Source: Raillietiella orientalis (lineage: Eukaryota). From it: a DNA stretch of 64,000 nucleotides. The notes beneath the pieces were generated by a model. That model was not told where the DNA came from, made no database searches, and worked only from the letters and a program-made list of their open reading frames with translations. This document shows, piece after piece, positions 12,860 to 24,200 of this stretch (position 1 is the first letter of the stretch; every line of letters begins with the position of its first letter). The stretch is taken from contig JAYWIR010000127.1 in assembly GCA_036172245.1 (NCBI GenBank), positions 1 to 64,000 on the forward strand, read 5' to 3'. The translations under genes were made by a program, and so were the position numbers.

Positions 12860-13240
12860 TTCATGAGCCACGAAGCAAGGTCACCGACTCGGCAAGAGAG
12901 AAGGAATCTCCCGACTGCCAAGAATGTGACTGCGCTGCCTCCTTTTAAAGGCGTGGCGAAAGCGAAGCCCCTAAAGGCGGCAGCGAAAACTCCGGAGGTT
13001 TCCGAGATAAAAGTCGCGGAAGCGTCAGAAAATCGTGACGGCTGATGGAAGATTTTTCTGTTCTCCTGTCCGAGAGGAGAAAAGAAAAATCTCCCAAAAA
13101 AGCCTCGCAACCTCCATCCGTTGGCTCTTTAAAGGCCAAAAACATTCGCGTGAACAAGAAATCACGCGCAGAGGGTTCTTCTGCTTGTGGAAGAGATGTA
13201 CGAGTACGTGCACGCCTGCAACTTGTTCGCTAACGATCCT
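12860..13240 (+). pseudogene. Possible remnant of a LINE ORF1 C-terminal region
   Basis: Lys/Ala/Pro-rich low-complexity peptide with 'DG*WK..RRKEK', resembling the 'GWQxV..RK' segment of the other ORF1s. No diagnostic motif. Confidence 0.3.
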
Positions 13241-13483
13241 GTTATGGCGACTTCAGCGGACCATGTTTTCCTCGTTGAACACTTGCTCTCCCGTGTAGGT
13301 CAGAGAGGTCCCATGCTGTCCGTGCTTTCAGACCACAACAGGCTCGAGTTCTAGTTGCTCTTGTTAGGCAAGAGGCCCATAAACTGTGTTTGAAGGATGC
13401 CAGCAAACTGGTTATTTTACCCGGAGGCGGCGGAGCATCTTCGCCAGTACCTCCGCGACTTTGCCATAAGTGAGCTTGCTTCT

Positions 13484-15762
13484 CACCCGTTTGCGCCGGG
13501 GCGTTCATACGTGCAAGTAGAACGATATTATCTTGCTGAACTGGTGGTTTAGCAACCCGGCAGTACACAGCAACAAGCCTGCCGGGTCACCGCTTCGCAG
13601 TCCGGTACGGTCAACCACATCAGCAGAGGGGGCTGGGACAAAACAAAAAGATATGAATAAAAATAAAAACTATATGAAAACAAGATCTGTTGGACACGGG
13701 AGTGGATCGCAGTTTGCTGCGGGGCCGTACCATTCTTTCCAGAATGTCTGCAAGGTGTTCTTTGATAAATGAATCCAGATGGGTCCATCCGGTCGCCGTC
13801 CTCATAAATTCGACTTAGCATTGGACGGCAGCCTTCTTGCGTGGTACTCCCGTTGCCTTGCACAAAGCAACCACGATTCCAAGAAAGCAGCACATGACTG
13901 CTAACGATGCCGCTGACCGAAGTCCGTCGCAAACGAAGATAGACCAAATAGCGTCTCTGGGATTGCTACAGAATTTACCTATTCCCGAGGCAATGCGGTT
14001 CCAAAGGGGCCGAAGAGCAACGCAATCCATAAGGAGGAGGAGGAGGGAATTATTTTTTCCCACCTCACACAATTAGGGTTAAACGCTCCCCAAGTCCAAT
14101 GTTGCCGGCGGGCGTTGCAAGGAGGTCCCCAATGCAGCAACAGTAATTCCGATTCCTGCCAATTTAGGGGGAGGGTGGAGGGTTTTATTAGCACCGGGAG
14201 CCAATTTATTTGTTCCGTCGAAACTTTTAAAAGCTCGCCTTAGCGCGAAAGTTTAATAGAGGCTTTAGTCCAAGAAGAAGTATCGCAAAGAATTCCCGTT
14301 TTCCACTCCCTGATCTTTTTCTTCCTACCGGAGATTTTTATGAACACCTTCTATTTCACTGCAGTGTTGCTATCTAAATGTTCCCCAAGAAAAGACAGCA
14401 TTGCGGCGAGGGGAGTTTTTCTCGCCCACGATCGTTTTTGGGGATGCTCCAGGATCTCACGGAGCGTGAGGCGGTCATTGCGAGCAAACAGTTGCCCTCG
14501 ATCTTGTCCGGCGCGGTGCTCGTTGCTTGTCGTCCACGAGTAAACGGTTTCCTGGAGTCAGGCGGTTCCGTTAACGGGGAGACAGGAAAGCCATCATACG
14601 TTCATGCACATCGCATCAGAAACTCTCCGTAGCTGCAACCCGCAGTGACAGACTTGGCGGCGACGACGAAGCCCAAGGAAGGATGACAGTCCCACCTTGC
14701 CTGTAGCCTTTTCGACGAGAAGACGTGCGGGCTCGCACCAGCTACTATTCCAATATTTCGCCACTAGGGCGAGTAGCCGAAACTGGAGCTGGAGCTCCAG
14801 CCGCTCTGGAGTCAGGATGCCGAGACCGCCGTCCCGACGCGGAGCGCTCAAGTCCTCAAGCGAGACTCGGGCCATCCCATTACCCCACAGGGCAATCCTT
14901 AGGAGGTCCTTTGTCCTCTTTTTAGTCTCTGTGGTGAGGGGACAAACAAAAAGCAGGGAACGGAGGAGGGGGGCCGTGAACCCGTTCCACTCCGCGGCCC
15001 GTTCCGGCAGGAAAAACCTGCGGCCTTGGAACGGGCCGATCGCCGTCTCTACCTTTTGAAGGCAGCTGGATCACGCATTTGAAGGGAGATCATCACCCAT
15101 CGGTACACCGAGGTACTTGCAGTACCGCACCGTGGGGATTTTTAAACGGACCCAGTCCGGCTACCCTTTTCACGCCGCACCAACTGGCACCACCGACGAC
15201 TTCGCCCGTTAACCTGTAATTCAGCCTCACGGCTAAGTAGGTCGAAGAAATCAACATTCATCTACGCCTGGGTGTATATAGGTAACAGGAGCAGAAGATC
15301 GTCGGCATAGGTTGCTACGACAAGGGTGTCAGGGCACGAGCTCGGCAAGGGGGCCAAAGTGACCATGTGCAATCTCAGCACCAACTCAAAGTAGGTGCTA
15401 AAGAGCAGCGGACTCAGGCTATTGCCCTGTCGTATGCCCCGCCGTACCTTACGCCGTCCACGGTGTTTCCTAAAAAAGATCTGTATGATCGCGTCGCGCC
15501 AGCAGGATCGCAGGCAGGTCAGCAAAGAGACCGGGAAGCCCAAGCGTTACAAAAGATCCAGCAGGAGCCTCTGGTCAAAACGGTCGAATGCTTTAAGCAA
15601 ATCGACTGCGACTAAGAGGGCTCCTTCCCCTCCTTAACTATCTTGTTTCTTGGCTTGGACATTTCGGTAGTCCGCTTGCCTATCCTGACCCTTTCCTATT
15701 AGAGCGCAGAAAAGGTGCTGGCGAGGAACAGGTTGGCATCCATGCTCCGCCCGGGAACCCAG
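13484..15762 (-). mobile_element. 3' half of LINE (RT to 3' end), decayed
   Basis: RRGIRQGNSLSP, TYADD, APRRDGGLG and WQESELLLLHWG. 3' UTR motif at ~13577-13630 and degenerate terminal hairpin at 13484-13509. Confidence 0.9.
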
Positions 15763-15764
15763 AA

Positions 15765-18177
15765 GAGTCTCCCTCGCTAGGGAGAAGCTAAAGTTTCGTG
15801 ACTCAGGCGCCAACGCAAGCGGCTGCGGCTGAGTTGAAAGCTTACCTGGAGAAGGGTACAATCCCCCTCTACTCTTCAAAGTAGGCAACCTTTACTCCTT
15901 TCAGAGTGCGCGCGCTTTCTCGAAAGCGATGCACTCCCTCAAAGTACCCCAGGAGGAGCTCTTGGCGATGACCATCAGGAGTAATGGACAGTACGTTGAG
16001 GTGATTTGCAAAGAAGCAAGTCTTGTCCCGCGTCTGCTCCGTACACCTGTTTCTTTGGGGAATCGCCGGCTCCTCCCCATCACGGAGGATAGTTCTATCG
16101 TAATCCATCTCCTTGAAATCACCTTCCGGATGGCCAAAGAGGCTTTCCGAAAATAATTAATTAAATTTAGAACCTACCACACGTTGTGGAAAAAGCCGAC
16201 TTCGTTTTGGGAGCGATTTGCTGAATTGCGGTCAGGCTTCCGCGCGAATCACGGTCCGCGAGGGTTGCTCTTTACAGAAAAAGCTGGAGGTCAACGGCGT
16301 CCCCGTTGACATCTGGTAAGTTCGTAAGCCGCATTTCTGCGGGCATTCCAGCACTTCAGGTCACCTGAAAAAAAGGTGCCCCCACTTGCAGTGCAAGCAA
16401 TGCAAACAACCCGGGCACACTCTTCCGGTGTGCCCGCAAAATGAAGTCCGCGTCGCGTCCTCACGGAATGCGGAGAAGCGCGCGGCCAAAATATAATGGG
16501 TTCAGGCAGCCCAAGAGAGACCCCCGCTAACAAGATAACTATCGTGCCCCAAGTGAAGGTCAGCTCCGAGATCCCGGAAAACTCAAAGAAGGTCAAGGAG
16601 AGCGGCCAGGAACCTGGATGGCAGGTAGTAAAATCCAAGAGGCAGAAAAGCCTCAAGGAACCAAAAAAAAATCTTGCCAAACGCACCGAGAATTTGCCGC
16701 GTCGCGAAAAGATCAAACGCTGCTTTCTCGTCATCAAACGCATTCCTGCGGTCGAAGAGAGCGGCAAAATTACTCTCGTCGCTGCCGACTTTCAGCCCTC
16801 CGGCAAATTAATGCCGGAGGATATCGACCCGGCGGTGGCGTCCGTCGTCTAACGCATGCTCGAAGACGTCGCTTTTGAGCGAGCGGCGGAGCAGCTGGCT
16901 GCGTCCTTGTACTGTCTCCCCAAATCCGCGAAGAAGGCCTTAAGGCCTCGATCAAGAAGTCTTAGATTCGGAACTCTGACGTAGAGGGGGAAAACGCAGC
17001 CTGCGGCATCGCGGCCTCCCGCCCGAAGGCCAGTCGCACGAAGAAGGCTACCTGCAAAATTATTCCGTTCGTGGAAAAGGGAGAGATAATCGAGGGAAGC
17101 GAGCGTGCGAAGAAAGTGGGGAACTTCGGGGACTCTACTCGAGAGGTAACGCTACGCTGCGACCCCGGAGGGAGGGAAATGGTAGAGTCTGTGCCCCAGG
17201 TGCTTCAAGTGCCTGAGATGGCCGCGGTCCCCTTACTCGTTCCTCCCACCTGTCCCTTGACAGGTGCTGCAACGCCACGTTCCCAGCCTTCATGCCGGGA
17301 ATCTCCTGTTGTTGCCGTCTGCGAATTGCCTGTTGGAACGTTAACGGGCTAGGCGACGAAGGCAAGAGACGAGACGTGGCCTCCACCCCGGCATCGTTCG
17401 CCCTGGTAGTGCTGCAAGAGATACACGTGATCTTCGCGCACCAAGCAACGGAGATCGAGCTTATCTCGGGTGGACGGCTGATGTGGCGTTGCCTCGCCGT
17501 GAATTCTTGCGGTGTTCCGTTTCTGCTTCGGAATGCTGTGTAGGCTGCGGCAAAGGGCGTACGGTTCGATAGTGCCGGTTGCGTCGGAAAGTTGACCATC
17601 TGGTGGTCCGACTTCATCGATCCGGTCATTACCATGTGTACGCACCAAGCAGCAGCGACGCGCTAAGAACAAAGGCAAGGAGGGATTTCTTCCTTATCCT
17701 GAGGCGCGAATATCTGGACGAAGCGGGAGTGCGTAAAGCGCACCTAATCGCAGGTGACTTTAACCTTCGCCTGCTGTCAGGTGCGTCCGACACACTTCGG
17801 CACCGCGTGAAGGACCTTTGCGCAGAGATGCACACGCGCAACTGATTCCCAGGAGATTCAGAAATGGCCGACAGCATAGATCACGTCTTTCTTGAGCAGC
17901 ACCTATGCTCACGCGTGAACAAACGCGGCAAGTTACCGTCGGAACTGTCGGACCATTACCGGATCGTATTCGAGGTGCGCTCACGCGATAAAGTTCCCCC
18001 GTCATCTGCGTGGCGCTTACCGGGGGACTGGCTGAAACCTTCGAAAGCCGCGGAGCATCTCTGCGGATTCATACGAGGTTTCAGCTTGCAGACGTTTCAG
18101 GACTGGGGCCGCTTCAAGCGCTTGGTCCGGGAGTTTTGCGACGAGTTTCCTATGAATCTCCTGCCTTCAGGGCTTGG
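15765..18177 (+). mobile_element. 5' half of LINE (ORF1 + APE), subfamily A-like
   Basis: LAMTIRSNGQYVEVIC, GWQVVK, IACWNVNG, LQEIH, AGDFN, DSIDHVF and ELSDH. Ends at LPSGLG. Confidence 0.9.
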
Positions 18178-18792
18178 TGTTGCCACCCGGGTAAGTCCGG
18201 GGCGTTTATTCAAAAAAGCTCTCTATGATTCGTGGTATAAGGCCCCACTTCTGCCTTAGACACGCCACCTGTCAGGGCACCGGGACGCAGCCCCGCGTGG
18301 CACTCCCCGACAGCGAAAGGGGATGGGGTAAAAAACAAAAAGAAAAATAAAAGAGATAAACAAAGAAAAAAAGTTTGGTGGGCAGGCAATGGATCACCGG
18401 AAGCTGTGAGGAATGCCCATCTGTCGAAGGAAGCCTTCGAGGTCTGTCCGCATATTTCCCAGATGGGGCCATCGAACAGCTCACCGCAAGAAGCGTACTG
18501 CGTGCTGGAGGACTTCCCTCTCGTTCCAATCTTCATCTTCGCTGTTGGCATCGCTCCAAGTCGACACGATGCCTTGAACTCAGCACAGGACTGCAAGGGC
18601 TGTTGTTGGCTGCAGGGCGTCCCGCACGAAGAGTGGCGGAAAAAGTCTCTGGGTGCAGTGCCCGTAGGGATTCCTAGGGTCGTCCCGAACCGTTCCCAAA
18701 GTGGCCGGAGGGCATCTCAATCTAATATAAGGTATGGGAGCGACTTTTGCTCCCCGCACCTGGCACACTGAGGCCTCACACTTTCCCGCGTC
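18178..18792 (-). mobile_element. 3' end of LINE (subfamily B); continues at 29765
   Basis: Terminal hairpin at 18184-18210 and CARCGEQKSL. TSD-like TTTCCCGCGTC (18782-18792) matches TTTCCCCGCGTC (29765-29776). Confidence 0.88.
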
Positions 18793-20362
18793 CTCTGCGC
18801 CAACGGCGAGGAGTTGGAGTGCCGTCGTTGCTGCACCATCCCCGGCTGCAGTAGCGGAGCAGACTGCCTACAACGACAGCGGCTACAAACCGTCACTGAT
18901 CTACAAGGTAGGCAGTGTGTACAATGAGAAAATTGCACGCTCCTTTGAAATGGAGCTGCAAAGACTGAATGTGAGGGAGGAAGACCTCGAGGGCCTCTCC
19001 GTCCTTAGTAAGGGGCAGCGAGTTGAGCTGACTTGCAGAGAGGCGAGTCTAGCGCAGCGCCTGCTAAACACCTTTATTACGGTGGAAGGCCGCAGGATCT
19101 TCCCTGTGACGGAGGACCGCTCCGTCGTGGTCCACCTCACGGGCGTATCACTCCGAATGGACAGAACCAGCGTCCATGAGGAGTTGTTAAAACACAGTAG
19201 AGTGCACCCGTATTGGGCCAAACCCAATGTCTTCCGAACGTACAAAGGACAATTCAGTGGGATGGCCGCTGCTCGCGTCACACTACCGGAAAATGGTGGG
19301 TTTACCCACAAACTAAATATCGGCGAAGAAAAAGTCGATGTTTGGTACGTGGGAAAGCTCAAATATTGTGGCCATTGCGATGCTACAGGGCACTTAAATA
19401 AACGGTGCCCTAACATCAAATGCCACTTATGTGGAAACAAGGGCCACATCCGCAAGGTGTGCCCAAGACGAGAAATCCCGGTTTCTCCCGCTGCGAAAAA
19501 GGCAAAGGGGAAACGGGCGGGAGAGACGAATACCATGGAGCAGGCCGTAAGGAGCCAGATGCCAGTCCCTAAGCCATCCCAGCAAACGTCGGTTGAAAGC
19601 ACTGCCGACGACGCTGGCGACGGCGAAGTCTGGCAGACGGTACAGCCCAGAAGAAAGCCCTGGAGTCCCGAACGAAGCGCGGGGAAAACAAAAACGCAGC
19701 GCGAAAAACCGTTCCGCGAAAAACTTCGCGCTTGTTTGGTAAAATTAGAGCGTTTGGCGGCACTAGATGCCGCCACCGGGGGAGCAATCCCCCTATTCTC
19801 GTCCGCCGAAGCTGCGACGGTCGATGGCGAACCCTCTGGGGAAGCAGAGAGGGAACCGCGCGCCGCGCTGGACGCGATCGAGGAGGCCGAATTCCAGCCG
19901 ACGGTGGAAGAACTCGAAACAGAACTGCAAGGCCGTGAGAAGAACTCCCGGAAAAGCTGACGAAGGCCGGCCGCGAGAAAGCCTCCGGATGCAGGTGAGA
20001 CCGAACCGGATGCCGGAAGTGCGTCCTCCTCAACGGATGCGCTACCAAAGTAGACGGGACGCGAGTCCCAGAATCCCAGGAGGCGCACACGGATCAAGAA
20101 GGAGGGGGATGAACTGGCACCCGAGGGGTAAGCCGGCAGCGTGGGAGGCGAGGGTGGGAATCTCTCATTTTCTGACAACGTGCAGCTGGCGACCCCCATG
20201 GAGGAGGAAGTACAGGTGGGTGAAACCCCCCTTCCTCTGCACGGCCATGACGAAGACTCGGCCCCCATGGAGGAAAGAGAAGCGGTGCGCGACGCACCTT
20301 CTCCTCCTAGCGTCCTGCCCAACAAGGTGGCGGGAGCCCCATTGCCACTTTCTCAGGATTAA
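18793..20362 (+). pseudogene. LINE ORF1 (RRM-like region + 2 CCHC), N-terminus truncated, internal stops
   Basis: The 408-aa track ORF 18734-19960 plus in-frame continuation to PLPLSQD* at 20362. Confidence 0.9.
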
Positions 20363-21223
20363 CACCTGGGATCGCCTGTCGCCGTAGGATCTGCATAGCC
20401 TGCTGGAACGTCAACGGGCTGCGCGACGACGGCAACAGGCGGGATACGGCCGACACCCTGCGCGACTTCGACCTGGCGCTCCTGCGAGAGATCCACGTAA
20501 TCACCGCGGAGAACGCCTAGGAGATCGAGAGGATCGCAGGTGGTCGTCTGTTTTACAGATGCGGCGCTCGCAACACCTGTGGCGTCGCCTTTTTTATAAA
20601 GCCAGCAGTCACCGCCTTCGTCAAGGACGTACGCTTCGACAACGACAGTCGTGTTGGCCAGCTCATCCTTAGGTGGTCCGACTCGATCGACCTTGTCGTG
20701 ACCAATGTGTATGCTCCGAGCGGAGGATGCGGGTACGAGGAACGTTCCCGGTTCCTCGAAACCCTGAAGCGCGACTGGATGGTGGATACAAACGTACGCA
20801 AAGTGCATCTGATCGGTGGGGATTTCAACATCCGCCTGCTCTCAGGTGTGCCTTGCGGGCAAACAGACGCAGCCAACGAGCTGTGCGTTGCTATGCGCAC
20901 GCAAAACTTGTTGGGGGACATAACGCACATGTCTTCCTTGATGCCGACCTGTGCCCACGGGTCGGCAGACGAGGGAAACTTCCGTCGACGCTATCGGACC
21001 ATTTGCGGTTGATATTCGAGGTTATGCCTCGCGACAAAGGACCACCATCAAAAGCGTGACGTCTGCCCGGGGACTGGACGCGCATCTCAGATGCGGTGGA
21101 ACTACTCCTCCAAGTACTGGGAGGCGTCATCCTCCGGAATCTTCAAGACTGGGACCGCATAAAGGCCTCGGTCCTCGAGTTCTGTGAGGAGTTCCCTGTA
21201 CACCGCCTGCCCCGGGGATTTAG
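18793..21223 (+). mobile_element. LINE 5' half (ORF1 + APE); continues at 26857
   Basis: Long ORF1 frame with CGHCDATGHLNKRC / CHLCGNKGHIRKVC, then APE CWNVNG..NVYAP..GDFN. Ends at LPRGF. Confidence 0.92.
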
Positions 21224-24200
21224 TGTTGCCACCCGGTTACGCCCGGGGCGTTTATTGAAACTCTACAAAAACGTAGTACGAGGCCCCACTAACGGCCGCA
21301 CAACACCGGACCTGCCGGGACACCGGGACGCAGCCCGGCGTGACGCTCCTCGGCAGTAAAGGGGAGTATGGGAGAAAACAAAAAAAAATTAAATAAAGAA
21401 TAACAAAAGGAGTTTGGAGGGAGGGGAAGGGATCACTATCCACTAGGAGGAGGGTCCATCCTTCGCAGGATTCTCTCTAGGTCCTTCTGCGTATGTCCCA
21501 GATGAGGCCATCTCGCAGCTCTTCGCATGCAGCTCGCAGCATACGGGATGACTTCCCTCTCGTTGGCATCCACTCCTTCATCGCAAATGTCGCTCCAGGC
21601 CGCCACGATGCTCCGGATGCAGCAGAGGGCTGCGGCGGGCTGCAGGGCGTCCCGCGAGAAGAGGGGCCTAAGAACATCTCTGGGCGCGCTGCACAGTGGG
21701 AGCCCGAGGGTCGCCCCGAACCGTTCCCACAGGGGTCGGATGGCAGCACAGTCAACTAGAAGGTTAAGAAGCGATTCCCGCTCTCCACACCTGGCACACT
21801 CAGGGCTTACACTTCCTCGCGTCCAGTGGAAGCGGCGCGCATTGCAGGGAAAACCCCAGTGCAACAGCAGCAGTGCCGACTCTTGCCACTTTAGCGGGAG
21901 AAGCCTGGATCCGATTAATACTATGGGCCACTTGAGGTCATCCGTCGGGATACCGAGCAGCTCGCTCCATCTAACAAGTCCACGCTGAAGGGCACTCGAG
22001 GTCGTGACATCTGCCAGTTCACCCATGGTCCTACCGCTCATTTTCTTTTCCCTGCCTGCGATCCGGCAGGAGACGTGCCACTTCGGCGCCAGGCCGCTGG
22101 TTAGAGCACTTCGTAGGAAGGGCAGCGTCGAAGCCAAAGAACTGGTCTCTGCCCACGTGCTCCTGGCGGGACACTTCATAGTGATCCGTAGGTTGCAGCA
22201 GGCGTTGGGGCCGAGTCCCAGGCGGTTCCATTCACGTCCGGTCTGAAGGTTCAGCTTGGCCCACGTCCCAACGGATTCCTCCAGAAAAGCGGAGGAGTTG
22301 GCGGGGCTGCATACCGTCCAGCCGTTCTCTCTCACCAGGGATTCCATGCGCCCAAGGAGAAGGCCGCATCTCCTGACCTTCCGACCGGGACACAGAAAGA
22401 AAGACGCGAGTAGTTGCTTCCTCGACACACGGCTGGTGATGATGCGGGCCGAAACGCACCAGGGGGTGTTCCACGTCTTTGCTGCGATGGCTAGGGTGCG
22501 TCATCACAGCTGTATGTCCATGCGCTCCAATGTCAGGAGGCCGAGACCACCGTCCCGACGCGGAGCGCATATGTCCTTAAGAGGTGCACGAGGCCTCCCA
22601 CTGCCCCAGAGGGCGATGCGGAGAAGATCTTTAGTCCTCTTCTTTAGGTCACGGGGGACAAGGCACACAAAAAGCAGAGGGCGGAGGATGAAGGCCGCCA
22701 ACGCGTTCCACACCGCGGCCCGTTCCGGCAGAAGAAACCTGCCTTCCAGGAACGGGCCGATTGATAACTCTACCTTTTCGAGACGACCTGACCAGGCTTC
22801 TGCGAGGCAGAATACCCTTAACGGGAAACCAAGTACTTCAGGTACCTGACCTTGGGGATCCATATGCAAATCCAGTCATGCCGTCCATCCCACGTCGCAC
22901 TCACCGGTTCCACCGACGACTTCGCCTTGTTAACCTGCAATCCAGTCCCACGGCTTAGCAGATCGAAGAAATCCTCGACTGCGGTTGCCGGGGCGGACAC
23001 GAACAACATCAGCAGAAGATCGTCGGCGTACGCAGCCACTGCGGGCGGGCTGGGGCACGAACAAGGCAAGGAAGCCAAAGTCACCCTGTACGCTCTCAGC
23101 ACCAACTCAAAGTAGGTGCTGAAGAGCAGGGGACTGAGGCGATAGCCTCAGTCCCCTGCAGTATGCCCTGTCGCAACGGCACGCCGTACGTTGTTTGTCC
23201 GCTAAAGTAGACGTTGATTAGAGCATGCCGCCAGTAAGAGCGCAGATAGGAGAGAAGAGAGGGTGGAAGCCCATGAGACCCAAAAGCTCCAACAGTAGCT
23301 CCTGGTCCACGGAGTCCAACGCCTTGTGGAGATCGACTGCAATCGCTAGGGCCCCCTTCCCTGCCCCGGTGTGCGTTCTCATCCCAGCTGGAGGTCCCAA
23401 ATGTGGGGTTGCCAATCCTTGTCGCTGTTTTATGGTGACATTTTTGCATATGGAACCATGTGCTCGCGAAGAACAGGTTGGCATGCATACTTCGAACGGG
23501 AACAGCGTATGTCGGCTCCGGGCTAATTATGGAGTCTGCTACCTGTCCAAGACGCGAAGCCCACAGTCCAGCAGTCAGCTTGGCGTCCGTGTTCACAATC
23601 GTGACCGGACGCCAATTGTTCAATGTTCTCAGGTCTCCTACCTTAGGGAGTAACCTCACTCTGGCTAACGGAAACGAGGCGGGAACATCACCTTCGTCTC
23701 GGATCAGCCTGGTCAACTGAAGCACCAGGGGTGCCAACTCTGTCGCGAATCACTGGAGAAACTCCGAGGGCAGGCCGTCCTCCCCTAATGCTTTCCTCCT
23801 TTTGAGCCTTTTAATACCGGCGAGAATTTCGCCAGTGGTAAAAGGCTCGTGGAGGCTAATCGTCTCTTCCTCCCCTATTGCCGGAGTTCAGTCAGGAAGC
23901 AGGAGCCGCGAGGCATCACGCTCTGAGGGTGCCTTGACGTAGAGGGAGAAGTAGAATCGTCGCACGAGGTGCCTGATCGCGGGTGGGGCCGAGCGTTCCT
24001 GGCCCTCGTCGTCCAGCAAGCTGGCCGACCCGGATTGCCAGGCTTGGGGCTCGGCCCCGGCTCGGAATTCTGCTAGGCGACGGACGTTGGGGTTCTCTCG
24101 TTCCGGCGCTCCTGTGAATAAGCCGTATGGTTGGGAGCTTCTTCCCCTAATCCGGGGGGCAGGCGGTGCAACGGAAACTCCTCGCAGAACTCGAGAACCG

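Noticed and set aside
18901..20325. 474-aa minus-strand ORF and similar long antisense ORFs (34225-35151, 39016-39939, 49402-50352, 47024-47836)
   Set aside because: They are shadows of GC-rich ORF1/ORF2 on the opposite strand, and their starts and stops are not conserved among copies.
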